DNA of 64,000 nucleotides, taken from the IMG/VR virus record IMGVR_UViG_3300043120_000090, positions 21,956 to 85,955 of that record. One strand, given 5' to 3'. Shown here piece by piece: positions 9,772 through 20,275 of this stretch. The notes under the pieces were generated by a model. That model was not told where the DNA came from and made no database searches. It was given only the letters and a program-made list of their open reading frames with translations. Position numbers and translations under genes: made by a program. Source of the stretch: a virus. Lineage: Duplodnaviria; Caudoviricetes. Every line of letters starts with the position of its first letter. The stretch's first letter is position 1.

Positions 9772-10833
9772 ATGAAATATTCCTTAAAAGAGTTTATAGA
9801 AGGTGCACAAAAAGCCTACTATGAAGGTACACCTATTATTTCTGATGAACAATACGATGAAATAATTAAAGTATATTCTACATCTATTGAAGAAGATATT
9901 GGGCCAGAAGGTGATTTTAAACATATAAGACCTATGTATAGTTTATCTAAAAAATTTACTAATCGAGGTGATGTAATAGAGCCTTTATCTGATGATGATG
10001 TAGAATCTATTAAATTAGATGGTGCAGCAATAGAAGTTGGGTACACTAATTTAAATGCACTTAAGCAAAATGAAGAACCTATCTTCTTATTATGCTGGTT
10101 GAATACTCGTGGTAATACTGAAAAAGGTAAAAGATTAGATATTAAAAAAGCAGAAGCATTAAATATACCAAAAATAATTAAATTTTCTAATATTTACGGA
10201 TATGAGTTACCAAAACGAGGTAATATATATTCGCTACAAATTACTGGTGAAGTAGTAGCCACTAAACATGTAGATAACGCTAGAAATATAGTTAGTGGTA
10301 AATTAAATTTAAAATCATTAAATGAGTTTAATGATGCGGTCGAACAGTATGGACTTACTTTCTTTGCTTATAGTGTTTTAACTGATACAAGTTATATAAC
10401 TGATAAGTACAAAACCGACATGGATCTATTACATTATCTAGGATTTAATACTGTTCTACACGTAGATGATTTTAAAAAAATTCATAAAGATTGTCAGATA
10501 AAATCTGATGGTAAAGTAGTAAGAGTTAATTCTAATAAACTTTACTGGGAACTAGGATTCACTGCTAAATACCCTAGAGGTGCATATGCAGTTAAAACAG
10601 ACCAACCTTATGTAGAATCTGTTTTATTAGATGTTGAATGGAATGTAGGTAGGACAGGGAAAGTCGTGCCTACAGCTATTATAGAACCTATAGATATAGA
10701 AGGAGCTACAGTATCTAGAGCTACTCTTAATAATCCTATTTTTATTCAAGAAATGGGATTGTATATAGGGTGTACAGTTAAGATAATAAGATCTGGTGAG
10801 ATTATACCTTGTATTATAGGAATAGTTGAGTAA
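9772..10833 (+). CDS. ligA: NAD+-dependent DNA ligase, subunit A (adenylation + OB)
   Basis: YYEGTPIISDEQYD, KLDG motif, DGKVV, PRGAYAVK, VGRTGKVVP, RATLNN, IRSGEIIP. Confidence 0.93.
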   Translation: MKYSLKEFIEGAQKAYYEGTPIISDEQYDEIIKVYSTSIEEDIGPEGDFKHIRPMYSLSKKFTNRGDVIEPLSDDDVESIKLDGAAIEVGYTNLNALKQNEEPIFLLCWLNTRGNTEKGKRLDIKKAEALNIPKIIKFSNIYGYELPKRGNIYSLQITGEVVATKHVDNARNIVSGKLNLKSLNEFNDAVEQYGLTFFAYSVLTDTSYITDKYKTDMDLLHYLGFNTVLHVDDFKKIHKDCQIKSDGKVVRVNSNKLYWELGFTAKYPRGAYAVKTDQPYVESVLLDVEWNVGRTGKVVPTAIIEPIDIEGATVSRATLNNPIFIQEMGLYIGCTVKIIRSGEIIPCIIGIVE

Positions 10834-10860
10834 TACCGAGTATTAAAAATAAAATATAAC

Positions 10861-10889
10861 TTGACGTTTTATTTTAAAATAGTTATAAT
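10861..10889 (+). promoter_or_regulatory. Sigma70 promoter between ligase halves
   Basis: TTGACG-N17-TATAAT. Confidence 0.75.
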
Positions 10890-10948
10890 AATTAATCTTT
10901 AATATAAACATAGTTTAATACCACATAGTAAGTAAATTGAAAATATAC

Positions 10949-10977
10949 TTTACTATTCCCAAAATTTTCAATATAAT
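10949..10977 (+). promoter_or_regulatory. Second promoter upstream of ligase B
   Basis: TTTACT-N17-TATAAT. Confidence 0.75.
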
Positions 10978-11015
10978 ATTTATATTGAATCGAGAGAAGG
11001 AATAAGCAATAATAA

Positions 11016-11786
11016 ATGAAAAATATTGAAATACCTACAATTTGTCCTTCATGTGGTTCTATTTTACAGTTTTTTGGCCCGCAGTTATTCTGTACAAATA
11101 GTTCAAATTGTCCAGCACAAAATATAAAAAGAGTAGAAAATTTTGTATCTACCATGAAAATAAAAGGACTGGGGCCAAAATTGCTTGAGAAACTCAGTGA
11201 TGAATTAGGATTAAATAGTATTATTGATATATATAAATATAATAAAGAAGAATTATGTTTAGTGTTAGGCGATACTATTGGTTCTAAAATATACTTAGAA
11301 ATTCAAGCTTCTAAATCTAAAGAATTATCTTTATTCATTCAAGCCATAGGTATACCTATGATTGGTAGTAGCGCAGCTAAAATAATAGCTGAATCTATAA
11401 ATGAATTTAAAGATATATTAAATATTTCGGATATTAGTAAGGAACTTGGTTCAGTTAAGTTTAGTAATTTACTAGAGTTTTTAAATACTAAATTATGTTT
11501 AGATTTAATAGATCTAAATCTACCATTAGTAAATAATAAAAATAAAAATACTAATAAAGTTAAAGGATATGTCTGTATAACAGGTAAGTTAAATAACTTT
11601 AAAAATAGAAAGGATGCAGAAACTTATTTAGCTACCTTTGGGTGGGTAAATAAACCTTCGGTAACTAAAGAAGTTACCTATTTAATATGTGAGGATGAAT
11701 CTAAAGTAGGTTCTTCTTCATACAAAAAAGCTTTACAAAAACAAATAGCAATAATAACAATAGAAGATCTAATTAAAATACCTTAA
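11016..11786 (+). CDS. ligB: NAD+-dependent DNA ligase, subunit B (Zn finger, HhH, BRCT)
   Basis: CPSCG...C...C Zn finger, IKGLGPK, IGIPMIG HhH, CITGKL...SVTKEVTYLIC BRCT. Confidence 0.92.
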   Translation: MKNIEIPTICPSCGSILQFFGPQLFCTNSSNCPAQNIKRVENFVSTMKIKGLGPKLLEKLSDELGLNSIIDIYKYNKEELCLVLGDTIGSKIYLEIQASKSKELSLFIQAIGIPMIGSSAAKIIAESINEFKDILNISDISKELGSVKFSNLLEFLNTKLCLDLIDLNLPLVNNKNKNTNKVKGYVCITGKLNNFKNRKDAETYLATFGWVNKPSVTKEVTYLICEDESKVGSSSYKKALQKQIAIITIEDLIKIP

Positions 11787-11811
11787 TCGATCTAAGAGGA
11801 AAATAAATAAT

Positions 11812-12552
11812 ATGTCTAAAATTAATTGGAATGAAGTAAATACTAAAGTTCTTACAGACGCTGTTGAAGGTCTTGAAGTAGTATCACAGGAAGTAGTAGC
11901 TGATTTAGCTGAGAAACTGGAAGGTTCAGCACGCTCAGTAGGTGCTAAACTACGTAAAATGGGTTTTGAAGTAGAAAAAGTTACAGCACGCCCATCAAAA
12001 TGGACTCCAGAATTGGAAGAAAAACTGGCTCAGATTTTGGAAGAACATGCTGGCGAATATACTTATGCAGAACTAGCTCAAGTATTCTTCAGTGAAGAAG
12101 AAATTACAGACAAGCAAGTTCAGGGTAAAGTTCTAAGCATGGAACTTACTCATGCAGTTAAACCTGCTCCAAAACGTGATGCCGTTCGTACTTATACACC
12201 AGAACAAGAAGCTACTTACGTAGATATGGCTAAAAGCGGTGCTTCCCTAGAAGCTATTGCAGAAGCTCTAGGTGTATCTCTTAACTCAGCTCGCGGTAAA
12301 GGTATGAGTCTTGTTCGTGAAGGCTTGTTAGAAGAACAACCTGTTCAGGTTACTTCTACAGCTGCTAAACGTAAGGACTTCCTAGAAGGCTTGGATTTAG
12401 CTAATATGACTGTAGATGAAATTGCGGAAGCAACAGGTCGTCAAACTCGTGGTATTAAAAACACTCTGACTCGTAGAGGTCTAGATTGTAAAGACCATAA
12501 AGGTTCAGACCGTCGTACTAAAATTGATTCAGCCAAAGATGCTGCTGAGTAA
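11812..12552 (+). CDS. D5: T5 D5-like DNA-binding regulator (repeated HTH units)
   Basis: WNEVNT...ARSVGAKLRKMG; repeated W/Y-T-x-E...IAE units; synteny after the ligase. Confidence 0.88.
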   Translation: MSKINWNEVNTKVLTDAVEGLEVVSQEVVADLAEKLEGSARSVGAKLRKMGFEVEKVTARPSKWTPELEEKLAQILEEHAGEYTYAELAQVFFSEEEITDKQVQGKVLSMELTHAVKPAPKRDAVRTYTPEQEATYVDMAKSGASLEAIAEALGVSLNSARGKGMSLVREGLLEEQPVQVTSTAAKRKDFLEGLDLANMTVDEIAEATGRQTRGIKNTLTRRGLDCKDHKGSDRRTKIDSAKDAAE

Positions 12553-12564
12553 TTTAACTTAAAC

Positions 12565-12589
12565 AAAGGGAGCTTAGGCTCCCTTTTTT
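12565..12589 (+). terminator. Intrinsic terminator after D5
   Basis: AAAGGGAGC-TTAG-GCTCCCTTTTTT. Confidence 0.85.
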
Positions 12590-12676
12590 ATTATGAGAAA
12601 ATAATGAGTGCAAAAATAGTAACATTAGAAGAATTAATCTATATGGATATAACACCTATAACTTTCGGTAATTAAT

Positions 12677-13066
12677 ATGAAAAATATCATAATACGTAAC
12701 TTTATTACTACTAAATTTTATCATAATAATAACTACATAGAAATAGACAAAAAAGAGTTAAGTAATATTGTTAATAATACTCAACTGCCTCTACCTATAT
12801 GTAGAGATTATGATACAAATAATATAGTAGGATATATAAATTCTATTAGATTAGCAGAACACGGGAAATCTATCACAGTTGAAGCATCTATACAAAAAGA
12901 GTTTACTGATTTTTCTGTATATTCAATAGGTTGGGGCTTACAATTAGATAATTTAGAAGATAATAAATGGACTGATTTAGTTTTAGTAACTTCTGGTCTA
13001 TATGTTAAATCGAGCCTAGATAATATGGATAAAAGTATTTATGAAAGTATTGATACTATCGCATGA
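12677..13066 (+). CDS. Hypothetical protein with weak prohead-protease-like pattern
   Basis: 129 aa; see findings. Confidence 0.6.
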   Translation: MKNIIIRNFITTKFYHNNNYIEIDKKELSNIVNNTQLPLPICRDYDTNNIVGYINSIRLAEHGKSITVEASIQKEFTDFSVYSIGWGLQLDNLEDNKWTDLVLVTSGLYVKSSLDNMDKSIYESIDTIA

Positions 13067-13343
13067 TGAAGTTTCTCTTTCCCCAAGAGAGGCTATAGAA
13101 AAAGCCAGATCTGAACATGGATCTTATGCGACTATTGTGGCTCTACCTTCTTCCAATAATGAATATGCTCAATTATACTTTGCAGCTCAGGTCTTATGCG
13201 CTGACCAATTAGTAAAATTAAAAATTGACACTAAGGATATAGAGTTATATAATAGTAAGAAATTATTATTAATTGAAAGTATAGTAACCCAGTTCAGGGA
13301 GGTATTAGATGAAGTTATATCTGATACAGAAGAAGCATTATAA
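13041..13343 (+). CDS. Hypothetical protein
   Basis: 100-aa ORF coupled to the helicase gene. Confidence 0.65.
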   Translation: MKVLILSHDEVSLSPREAIEKARSEHGSYATIVALPSSNNEYAQLYFAAQVLCADQLVKLKIDTKDIELYNSKKLLLIESIVTQFREVLDEVISDTEEAL

Positions 13344-14800
13344 TGAATGTAGAAGCAGTAGTAATATATCTACTGCTAAAATCTAAGTCAAGAGAAGAAG
13401 CTCTAACTAGATATTCTGATTTGCGTGCAGAATTTTTCTCTACTACGTATATACCATTAATACGAGCTATAGAAAGATTTTATCAAACAAAAGGTATAAT
13501 TCCTACCATAGACCTATTAGAGTTAGACTGTTCTAGAAATATTAGACTTTCTACTGCTTTAGCTGCACTAAAAAGTTTAGAGATCTCAGAAGACGAAAAT
13601 GACTATGATTTAGCGGTAGAAATCTTAAAAGATCAGTTTACTCAAAAGAAATATTTAGAATTATTAAATGATAGTCTTAATGATATATCTATAAAAACTT
13701 CTACTGAAATAGTAGATTTAGCAAGTACAATATCTTTAAAATTAGAAGAAGTAATTAAACCTAGTAGTTATATGCGTAAATCTAGTGAGATAATGTTATT
13801 TAAATCTAAAGAGGAGATAGCGGAAGATACTATGTTTTTAGGTATAAGTAATAAATTTGACTCTGAATATGGTGCGGCTAGGAGAGGAGAAGTATTACTT
13901 ATAGGTGGTAGAAGAGGGGCTGGTAAGTCTGTTATATGTACTAATATTACTCAAGAAGCTGTATTAAATGGTTTTATAGTTCCATACTTTGCCTTAGAAA
14001 TGACAGGGGAAGAAACTAAGCAAAGACATATGGCTATAGCTAGTGGTGTGAAAGCATTAAAAATACGTAATCAAAGTTATAATATAGAAGATTTAGATAA
14101 TTTAGTTTTAACATTATGTAAAAACTATATAAATGGTAAAGAATTATATAATAGAGAGCAAAGTAAATTAATAGATTTTAATGCATATATAGAATTTGAA
14201 AAATTACTATATGCTGAAGGTATTCCTGATGATTCAAAAGGAGACTTAATAGTAATAGATGATACTGCTTTAAAATTATCCTCTATAGATAACTACTTAA
14301 CTAGACTTAAATCTAGATATGGAAAAAGGGTAGGGCCAGTTATAATTGACTATGTTAATCAAATAGTAATGGATGGTACAAAAGACATAGATATGTATAA
14401 TTGGACAGTACAGATATTAATCGCTAAAAAACTAAAAGAATTAGCTAAAAAACACAATATAACTATATTTGCACCTTATCAAATAGATGAATCTGGAGAA
14501 GCTAGGATGGCTAAAGGTATTTTGGATTCTTGCGATTTTGCATATACCGTAAAACCTATTCATGTAGAAGGAAAAGATATAGGGCTATTAGAGTGGACAG
14601 GTACCAAAGCTAGAGGTTTACCTACTTTTAATTTTAAAGTTAAAATTGATTGGTCTACATTAAAAATTTATCCTAATGAATTATCTCCTATAGAGATATT
14701 AGAAATTATAGGTGAAGAAGCTAATGAAGAAAAACCAAAGAAAAATAATAAAAAGAAAAGTCAGAATGAGATAGAAGATTCTATGGAGTTAAAATTATAA
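13343..14800 (+). CDS. Replicative DnaB-like helicase (T5 D6-like)
   Basis: GGRRGAGKS Walker A, FALEM, IIDYVNQ, APYQ, ARMAKGILDSCD. Confidence 0.92.
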   Translation: MNVEAVVIYLLLKSKSREEALTRYSDLRAEFFSTTYIPLIRAIERFYQTKGIIPTIDLLELDCSRNIRLSTALAALKSLEISEDENDYDLAVEILKDQFTQKKYLELLNDSLNDISIKTSTEIVDLASTISLKLEEVIKPSSYMRKSSEIMLFKSKEEIAEDTMFLGISNKFDSEYGAARRGEVLLIGGRRGAGKSVICTNITQEAVLNGFIVPYFALEMTGEETKQRHMAIASGVKALKIRNQSYNIEDLDNLVLTLCKNYINGKELYNREQSKLIDFNAYIEFEKLLYAEGIPDDSKGDLIVIDDTALKLSSIDNYLTRLKSRYGKRVGPVIIDYVNQIVMDGTKDIDMYNWTVQILIAKKLKELAKKHNITIFAPYQIDESGEARMAKGILDSCDFAYTVKPIHVEGKDIGLLEWTGTKARGLPTFNFKVKIDWSTLKIYPNELSPIEILEIIGEEANEEKPKKNNKKKSQNEIEDSMELKL

Positions 14801-15663
14801 TGAATAATGATGTATTAGATCTTTTAAATAAGAAAAATATTCAATATACTTTAAAAGGTAAAGATGCTTTAATATTTTGCCTTAATCCAGATCATGATGA
14901 TTCACATCCCTCCTGTAGAGTAGATATTTATACGGGCAAATATAATTGTTTTGCCTGTGGCTTTGGTGGCAAAAATATATTTGAATATTTTAATGAGTAT
15001 TATAATCCAATAAATATAAAAGTAAATGCTCTTAAAGATAAAATATCTAATTTAATATTAGATATAAATGGTATAGAATTACCAGAAGGTATTGAATACT
15101 ATTTAGGAAGTCATAGAGATATACCTCCTAATTTATATAAAAAATATAATGTATTTATGCATCCTAAATATGGTGATGATAGATTATGTTTTCCTATTAC
15201 AGATATTACTGGTAAGATAACTAATATATTAGCTAGAAAATTATATGATAAAATACCTCCAAAATATATAGTATATCCAGAAAATAGACCTATACCAGTA
15301 TTTCCAGTAAGAAAGAATAATTATACTATATTAGTTGAAGGTATATATGATGTACTAAATTTAGAAGCTAAAGGACTAGATACAGCCACAGCCTGTTTTG
15401 GAACTAAAAGTATAACAGATAAGAATGTTTTAGATAAATTATCTCCTATAATATATAGTGGAACTAATACATTATTTATCTTATTGGATAATGATAAGGC
15501 TGGTAATATTTCAGCAGAATATCTTAAAAAATGTATAGAAAATAAGATAGATATAAGAGTAATAATATTAAATACATATATACCTGTAGGTAAAGACCCT
15601 GGCGATCTCACTAAAGAAGAAGTGGATTCATTAAAAGAAATTATTGAAAATTTTATTTACTAG
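14800..15663 (+). CDS. DNA primase
   Basis: CLNPDHDDSHPSC...CFACG Zn motif; TOPRIM VEGIYD, LDNDKAG, KDPGD. Confidence 0.94.
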   Translation: MNNDVLDLLNKKNIQYTLKGKDALIFCLNPDHDDSHPSCRVDIYTGKYNCFACGFGGKNIFEYFNEYYNPINIKVNALKDKISNLILDINGIELPEGIEYYLGSHRDIPPNLYKKYNVFMHPKYGDDRLCFPITDITGKITNILARKLYDKIPPKYIVYPENRPIPVFPVRKNNYTILVEGIYDVLNLEAKGLDTATACFGTKSITDKNVLDKLSPIIYSGTNTLFILLDNDKAGNISAEYLKKCIENKIDIRVIILNTYIPVGKDPGDLTKEEVDSLKEIIENFIY

Positions 15664-15684
15664 TTGGTATATTAATAATATAAT
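15656..15684 (+). promoter_or_regulatory. Promoter for DNA polymerase
   Basis: TTTACT-N17-TATAAT. Confidence 0.8.
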
Positions 15685-15703
15685 ATATTAATTAGGAGGA
15701 CGA

Positions 15704-17493
15704 ATGACACAAAAAATATTAGTAATTGATAAAAACCCTAATAAAACCGACTATTCAAAAGTATTCGGTTTTGAGGTAGAAACTAAGTACTTATGTAATG
15801 AGAAAGTAGCTAGAGTATTAAAGTCTAATCTAACATTAGATTTAGATATTATATTTGATTATGATTTTGTTATATTAATAGGTGCAGATGCATTAAAAAT
15901 ATTTTCTAATTCTACATCCATAACTGAAGCTACAGGAAGACGAGTGGGATTAAAAAAATCTAAATATTTTGAAAATAAAGAACATGATGGTTTAATAGCT
16001 TGTGTAAATCCTATGATGACACACTTTAAACCAGAGATGAAACCTATAACAGAGCAGTCTATAGAAAGTATTCAAAATATTATTAAAGGATTAGTAACTG
16101 AGAAAATACCAACTAATTATAAATTAATTGATACAGAAGAAAAAGCTAAAGAATATCTTAATTTTCTAATAGAAATGCCACCTAAGTTATTAGCACTTGA
16201 CTCTGAAACCAGTGCTCTTTATCCTAGAGATGGATATGTATTGGGTATATCCATTACACATGAAATGGCCCAAGGTGTATATATACTATCAGATTGTCTT
16301 ACAGAAAATATACTTAAAGATTTCCAAGAATTAATTATAAATAATAGTTCCATACATTTAGTATTGCATAATGCTAAATTTGATTTAAAGTTCTTTAAGT
16401 TTCATTTTGGTTGGGATTTTAATAAAGCTTTTATTGAAAATAGACTACATGATACTATGCTTGAGCATTATATCCTAGATGAAAGAGCTGGTACTCATGG
16501 ACTAAAGTCATTAGCTATCAAATATACAGATCTAGGGGATTATGAACTTCCTTTAGAAGAGTTTAAAAAAGAATATTGTAAGATTAATAAAATAAAATTA
16601 GAAGATTTTACTTATGACTTGATACCTATAGATATTATATGGAAATATGCTGCATGTGATACTGATGTTTGTTATAGATTACATAATTATTTCTACCCAT
16701 TAATTGAATCTAATGCTAAACTAAAAAGTTTATATTATGATGTTATGTTACCTTCTCTAGAGTTTCTTACTAGAATGGAAGATAGAGGTGTTCCAGTAGC
16801 TATAAGTAGACTTCAATCAGCTAAAAGCTTCCTATATAAGAAATTAGAACGTTTAAATACAGAACTTAGAAGTAGACAAGAAATTAAAGTATTTGAAGAT
16901 AAAATGGGGAAAGAATTTAATCCTAATTCACCTATTCAATTAAGAACTCTTCTATTTGATATTGCTGGTATAACCCCTTTAGATGTATTTACTAGCACAG
17001 GTCAATTATCTACTGATGCAGATGTTTTAGAAAAATTAAGTGAAAAACATCCACTACCAAAATTATTATTAGAAATAAGAAAAACTCTAAAAATATTAAA
17101 TACTTATATTATTAAAATGATAGATAATATAGATAAAGATGGTAGGTTAAGAACTGGGTTTAATCAACATACTACTACTTCAGGTAGACTTAGTTCTAGT
17201 GGTAAACTTAATTTACAGCAATTACCTCGCGATGATGCAATGGTTAAAGGATGTATTGTAGCACCTAAAGGATATAGAGTAGTAGCATGTGATTTAACAA
17301 CTGCTGAAATGTGGGTAGCAGCATCTTTATCTGGCGATAAAGCTTTACAGGAAGTTTTTATCAATATGGCCAAAGATGGTAAAAATGCTGTAGACTTCCA
17401 TAGCTCTATTGCACATCTGGTATTCCAGCCAGATTGTCTTGCTACTGAGGTTAAAAAACTTTATCCGGCGCTCAGGCAAGCAAGTAAGGCGAT
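15704..17493 (+). CDS. Family A DNA polymerase, exon 1
   Basis: ALDSET, HNAKFD, YAACDTD exonuclease motifs; TSGRLSS, NLQQLP, DLTTAEM (motif A), RQASKAI (motif B, cut by the intron). Confidence 0.96.
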
Positions 17494-18778
17494 TAACAAG
17501 TAATTTCCGAGATTATGAAGTTGCCTTTAAACCTCTCTAATTGCTAGAAACCCCTTAAGACTAATAAACTACAACGTAATTAGAAATAATAAGCGTGAAT
17601 GTTTAAAAATTATTGGTATTGGGCAACCAGCAGCTAAGACTCTAAGTATTAAAAAATTGCTTTACAAGCATGTCGTAAATTTATATAATATAAGAGTAAA
17701 GTTCAACGACTATCGAAACCACATTTAAGTATGGAAGGGAGTAGAGTAGGACGCAAGTGCGGTGGTATTTTCGGATACCTTTACCGAAACGGGAGGGTGT
17801 TAAGATAAATACTAAAAAGACAATTACCACACTAGAAGATGCCGTAGATATCGCTTTGCAGTTTTTCGGTGATAATATACCAACAACTGTTAAAGAATAC
17901 GAAAGCAACTTTCCAAAAGGTATGGGTAGAACTGCTATTAAAAGTAACTTAGATATAACTATAAGTCAGTTTTTAAAACTACTAAACCCAAAATACGTTA
18001 AAACTAACGAAAGAATTAATTTTAATGTATTACTAGGTTTAGCAAATAAACTAGATTTTAATTTAGTAGATTATACTTTGGATAACTCTATTAATACTAC
18101 AGTTACCTTGGAATGTAAACATTGTGGTAAAATACAAAGAAAATCATATAAAAGCCTAGCTAACTGCGTAAAGGGATGCGTATACTGTAAGGCTAAAAAT
18201 GTACAGTTAAAGTTTAATAAAGATAGAATAAATAGTTCATTAGAGCGAGTAGGTGCTAGCTTAGTTAGTGATATACCAGACTCACAAACTGGAATAATTA
18301 CTTTAAAATGCAATAAGTGCTTAACAGAATACAGTACACAATTAGTAGGCTTAGTGTCGCCCAATTCTTTAAAAAGAGGAACATGCCCTAATTGTAGAAA
18401 TTCTGACTATAGAGTTGTATACAATAATATAACTTTTGGTTCTAATTTTGAACTAGAATGCTATAAGCTTATATGTAAGTATAATATTGCCCATTTAGAG
18501 CTGCAAGTTCCTTACAAAGAATTTGGTAATACTGATAGAAGGTGGGTATGTGACTTCCTATTAGACAGTACTATTATAGAAGTATCTACTTTTAAATCTG
18601 ATTATAAGGGTTATAAAACAAATCTATCTGAAAAACGACAATTCATAGAACATAGTACAACATATGATTTTGAGTTTTTTGATTCATTAAAAGAATTAGA
18701 AAGCTATCTTAATGCAAGATATAGTCTCAACGTCTATTGAAAAATAGAGATGAGTTTAACGAACTCAGTAAGAAAATG
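17494..18778 (+). mobile_element. Group I intron (IA2-like, 1285 nt) in the polymerase motif B, with endonuclease ORF
   Basis: Splice GCGAT|TTCATTC restores KAISFGILFG. The 8-bp P1 pairs AAGGCGAU with GUUGCCUU. P AATTGCTAGAAA, Q AACCAGCAG, R GTTCAACGACTA, S AAGATATAGTC; terminal G. Confidence 0.95.
17757..18740 (+). CDS. Intron-encoded putative homing endonuclease: CxxC Zn ribbons plus C-terminal PD-(D/E)xK/Vsr-like domain (true start uncertain)
   Basis: CKHC/CVYC and CNKC/CPNC pairs; FGSNFE...LQVPY...RWVCDFLL...IIEV. Confidence 0.75.
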   Translation: MRWYFRIPLPKREGVKINTKKTITTLEDAVDIALQFFGDNIPTTVKEYESNFPKGMGRTAIKSNLDITISQFLKLLNPKYVKTNERINFNVLLGLANKLDFNLVDYTLDNSINTTVTLECKHCGKIQRKSYKSLANCVKGCVYCKAKNVQLKFNKDRINSSLERVGASLVSDIPDSQTGIITLKCNKCLTEYSTQLVGLVSPNSLKRGTCPNCRNSDYRVVYNNITFGSNFELECYKLICKYNIAHLELQVPYKEFGNTDRRWVCDFLLDSTIIEVSTFKSDYKGYKTNLSEKRQFIEHSTTYDFEFFDSLKELESYLNARYSLNVY

Positions 18779-19394
18779 TTCATTCGGAATACTATTCGGT
18801 TCAGGCCCAGATAAAGTAGCTGCTACTATTAACGAAGCCCTATTCGAGCAACATATAGAGCAAGGTACTCCTTATAATCCTATTGATAGAGATAAAGCTG
18901 AAGAATATATTGAAATCTATTTCAATAAATTCCCTCAACTTAAAAAATGGATTAAAGAATCTCATAATACAATTTTATCTAATGGATTTATCTACAGTCA
19001 TTTTGGCAGAAAACGTAGACTACGTAATATTAGATCTACTGATAGAGGTATTGTAGGTGAAGAATTAAGAAGTGGATTTAATGCTATTATTCAAGGAGCC
19101 TCTTCTGATGTATTAATGTTAGGTGCTATAGACGCAGATAAAGAAATTCAAGAAAAGAATTTAGATGCCGAAATAGTTATGTTAGTACATGACTCTGTAG
19201 TAGCTATAGTTAGGGAAGATTTAGTGGAAGAATATTCTGAATTAATAGTAAGAAATATTCAAAAAGATAGAGGATTAAATTTTGGTGGATTTGGTGTTGG
19301 AGTTACATTTGATTCGGAAGAAGGTGGTTCTCTTGACTACTCATGTGGTAAGATGGATAAACAATATCCAGAATTAGTGAGGATGGTTGCCTAA
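18779..19394 (+). CDS. Family A DNA polymerase, exon 2 (spliced product 801 aa)
   Basis: SFGILFG, HFGRKRRL, NAIIQGASSD, LVHDSVV (motif C). Confidence 0.96.
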
Positions 19395-19412
19395 TAAGCA
19401 ACCATTTTTTAT

Positions 19413-19925
19413 ATGGAATATCCAGTTTATTCTTTAAGAAGTTTCACTGATAAGTATATAGAAGATAATAAAATTATAATAGAGACATATTATAATACTT
19501 ATATATTGGATGACCTAAACTTAGTATCTAAAATCCCTGATTATGTTAAAAGACGTTTATATATAGAAGAAAATAAAGAACTATATAATTATAAACTATA
19601 TCCTCTATCTAATAAGTTTACTAATTTAGTTCAAATTAATAGGTTTTATAGAGAGACTAAAAATAAACATTATATAGATATAAATGGTAGTATATTTGTA
19701 TACAAGCCTACTAAAAGAGTGCAAGTAGTATGGAAGAGGCCAAAATATATTGCAGGTAGGTATCCAGATACTTATTTAGCTATAGTTAGAGATATGCCAT
19801 ACCCATTCTTAGTAAATAAAGTTTATAAATATATAGCAATAACTACTATTTATAATTCTGCTTTTATATATGATGTATCTGATGAGCAGCAAAAATTGAA
19901 TGAATATTTTTGGAGGAAAATTTGA
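19413..19925 (+). CDS. Conserved T5-like hypothetical protein
   Basis: YPVYSLR...YILDD...RRL...IDINGSIFVY; synteny between pol and D10. Confidence 0.75.
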   Translation: MEYPVYSLRSFTDKYIEDNKIIIETYYNTYILDDLNLVSKIPDYVKRRLYIEENKELYNYKLYPLSNKFTNLVQINRFYRETKNKHYIDINGSIFVYKPTKRVQVVWKRPKYIAGRYPDTYLAIVRDMPYPFLVNKVYKYIAITTIYNSAFIYDVSDEQQKLNEYFWRKI

Positions 19926-20275
19926 AATTAATAGTATCTAACAAAATATACTTTAAACATAATAATTATGATCTATTATCAAAAATCGAAAAGTCTTTAA
20001 CGTATTTAGTAGATAATGGTGCACCTGGTAAAAGAGGAATGCCTAGCAGACCTAAATACTTAATAAGATTTGGTAAAATAAGAGATGTTTATTGGGTACC
20101 AACAGGTAAACTTGATTACTTAAAAGAAGTATTTAGTAATGAAAAGCTAGAGATAATTGATAAAAGGGTTTTAGTACCTGCCAAGATACCTAAACCTTCT
20201 TTTACTTTAAGAAAAGATCAACAACAAATATACAATGAGTGTAATGATTCTTGTATTATTAACGGTAAACCGGGT
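19922..20275 (+). CDS. D10: D10-like SF2 helicase, exon 1
   Basis: TTG start after GGAGG gives MKLIVSNKIYFK; ends INGKPG. Confidence 0.9.
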
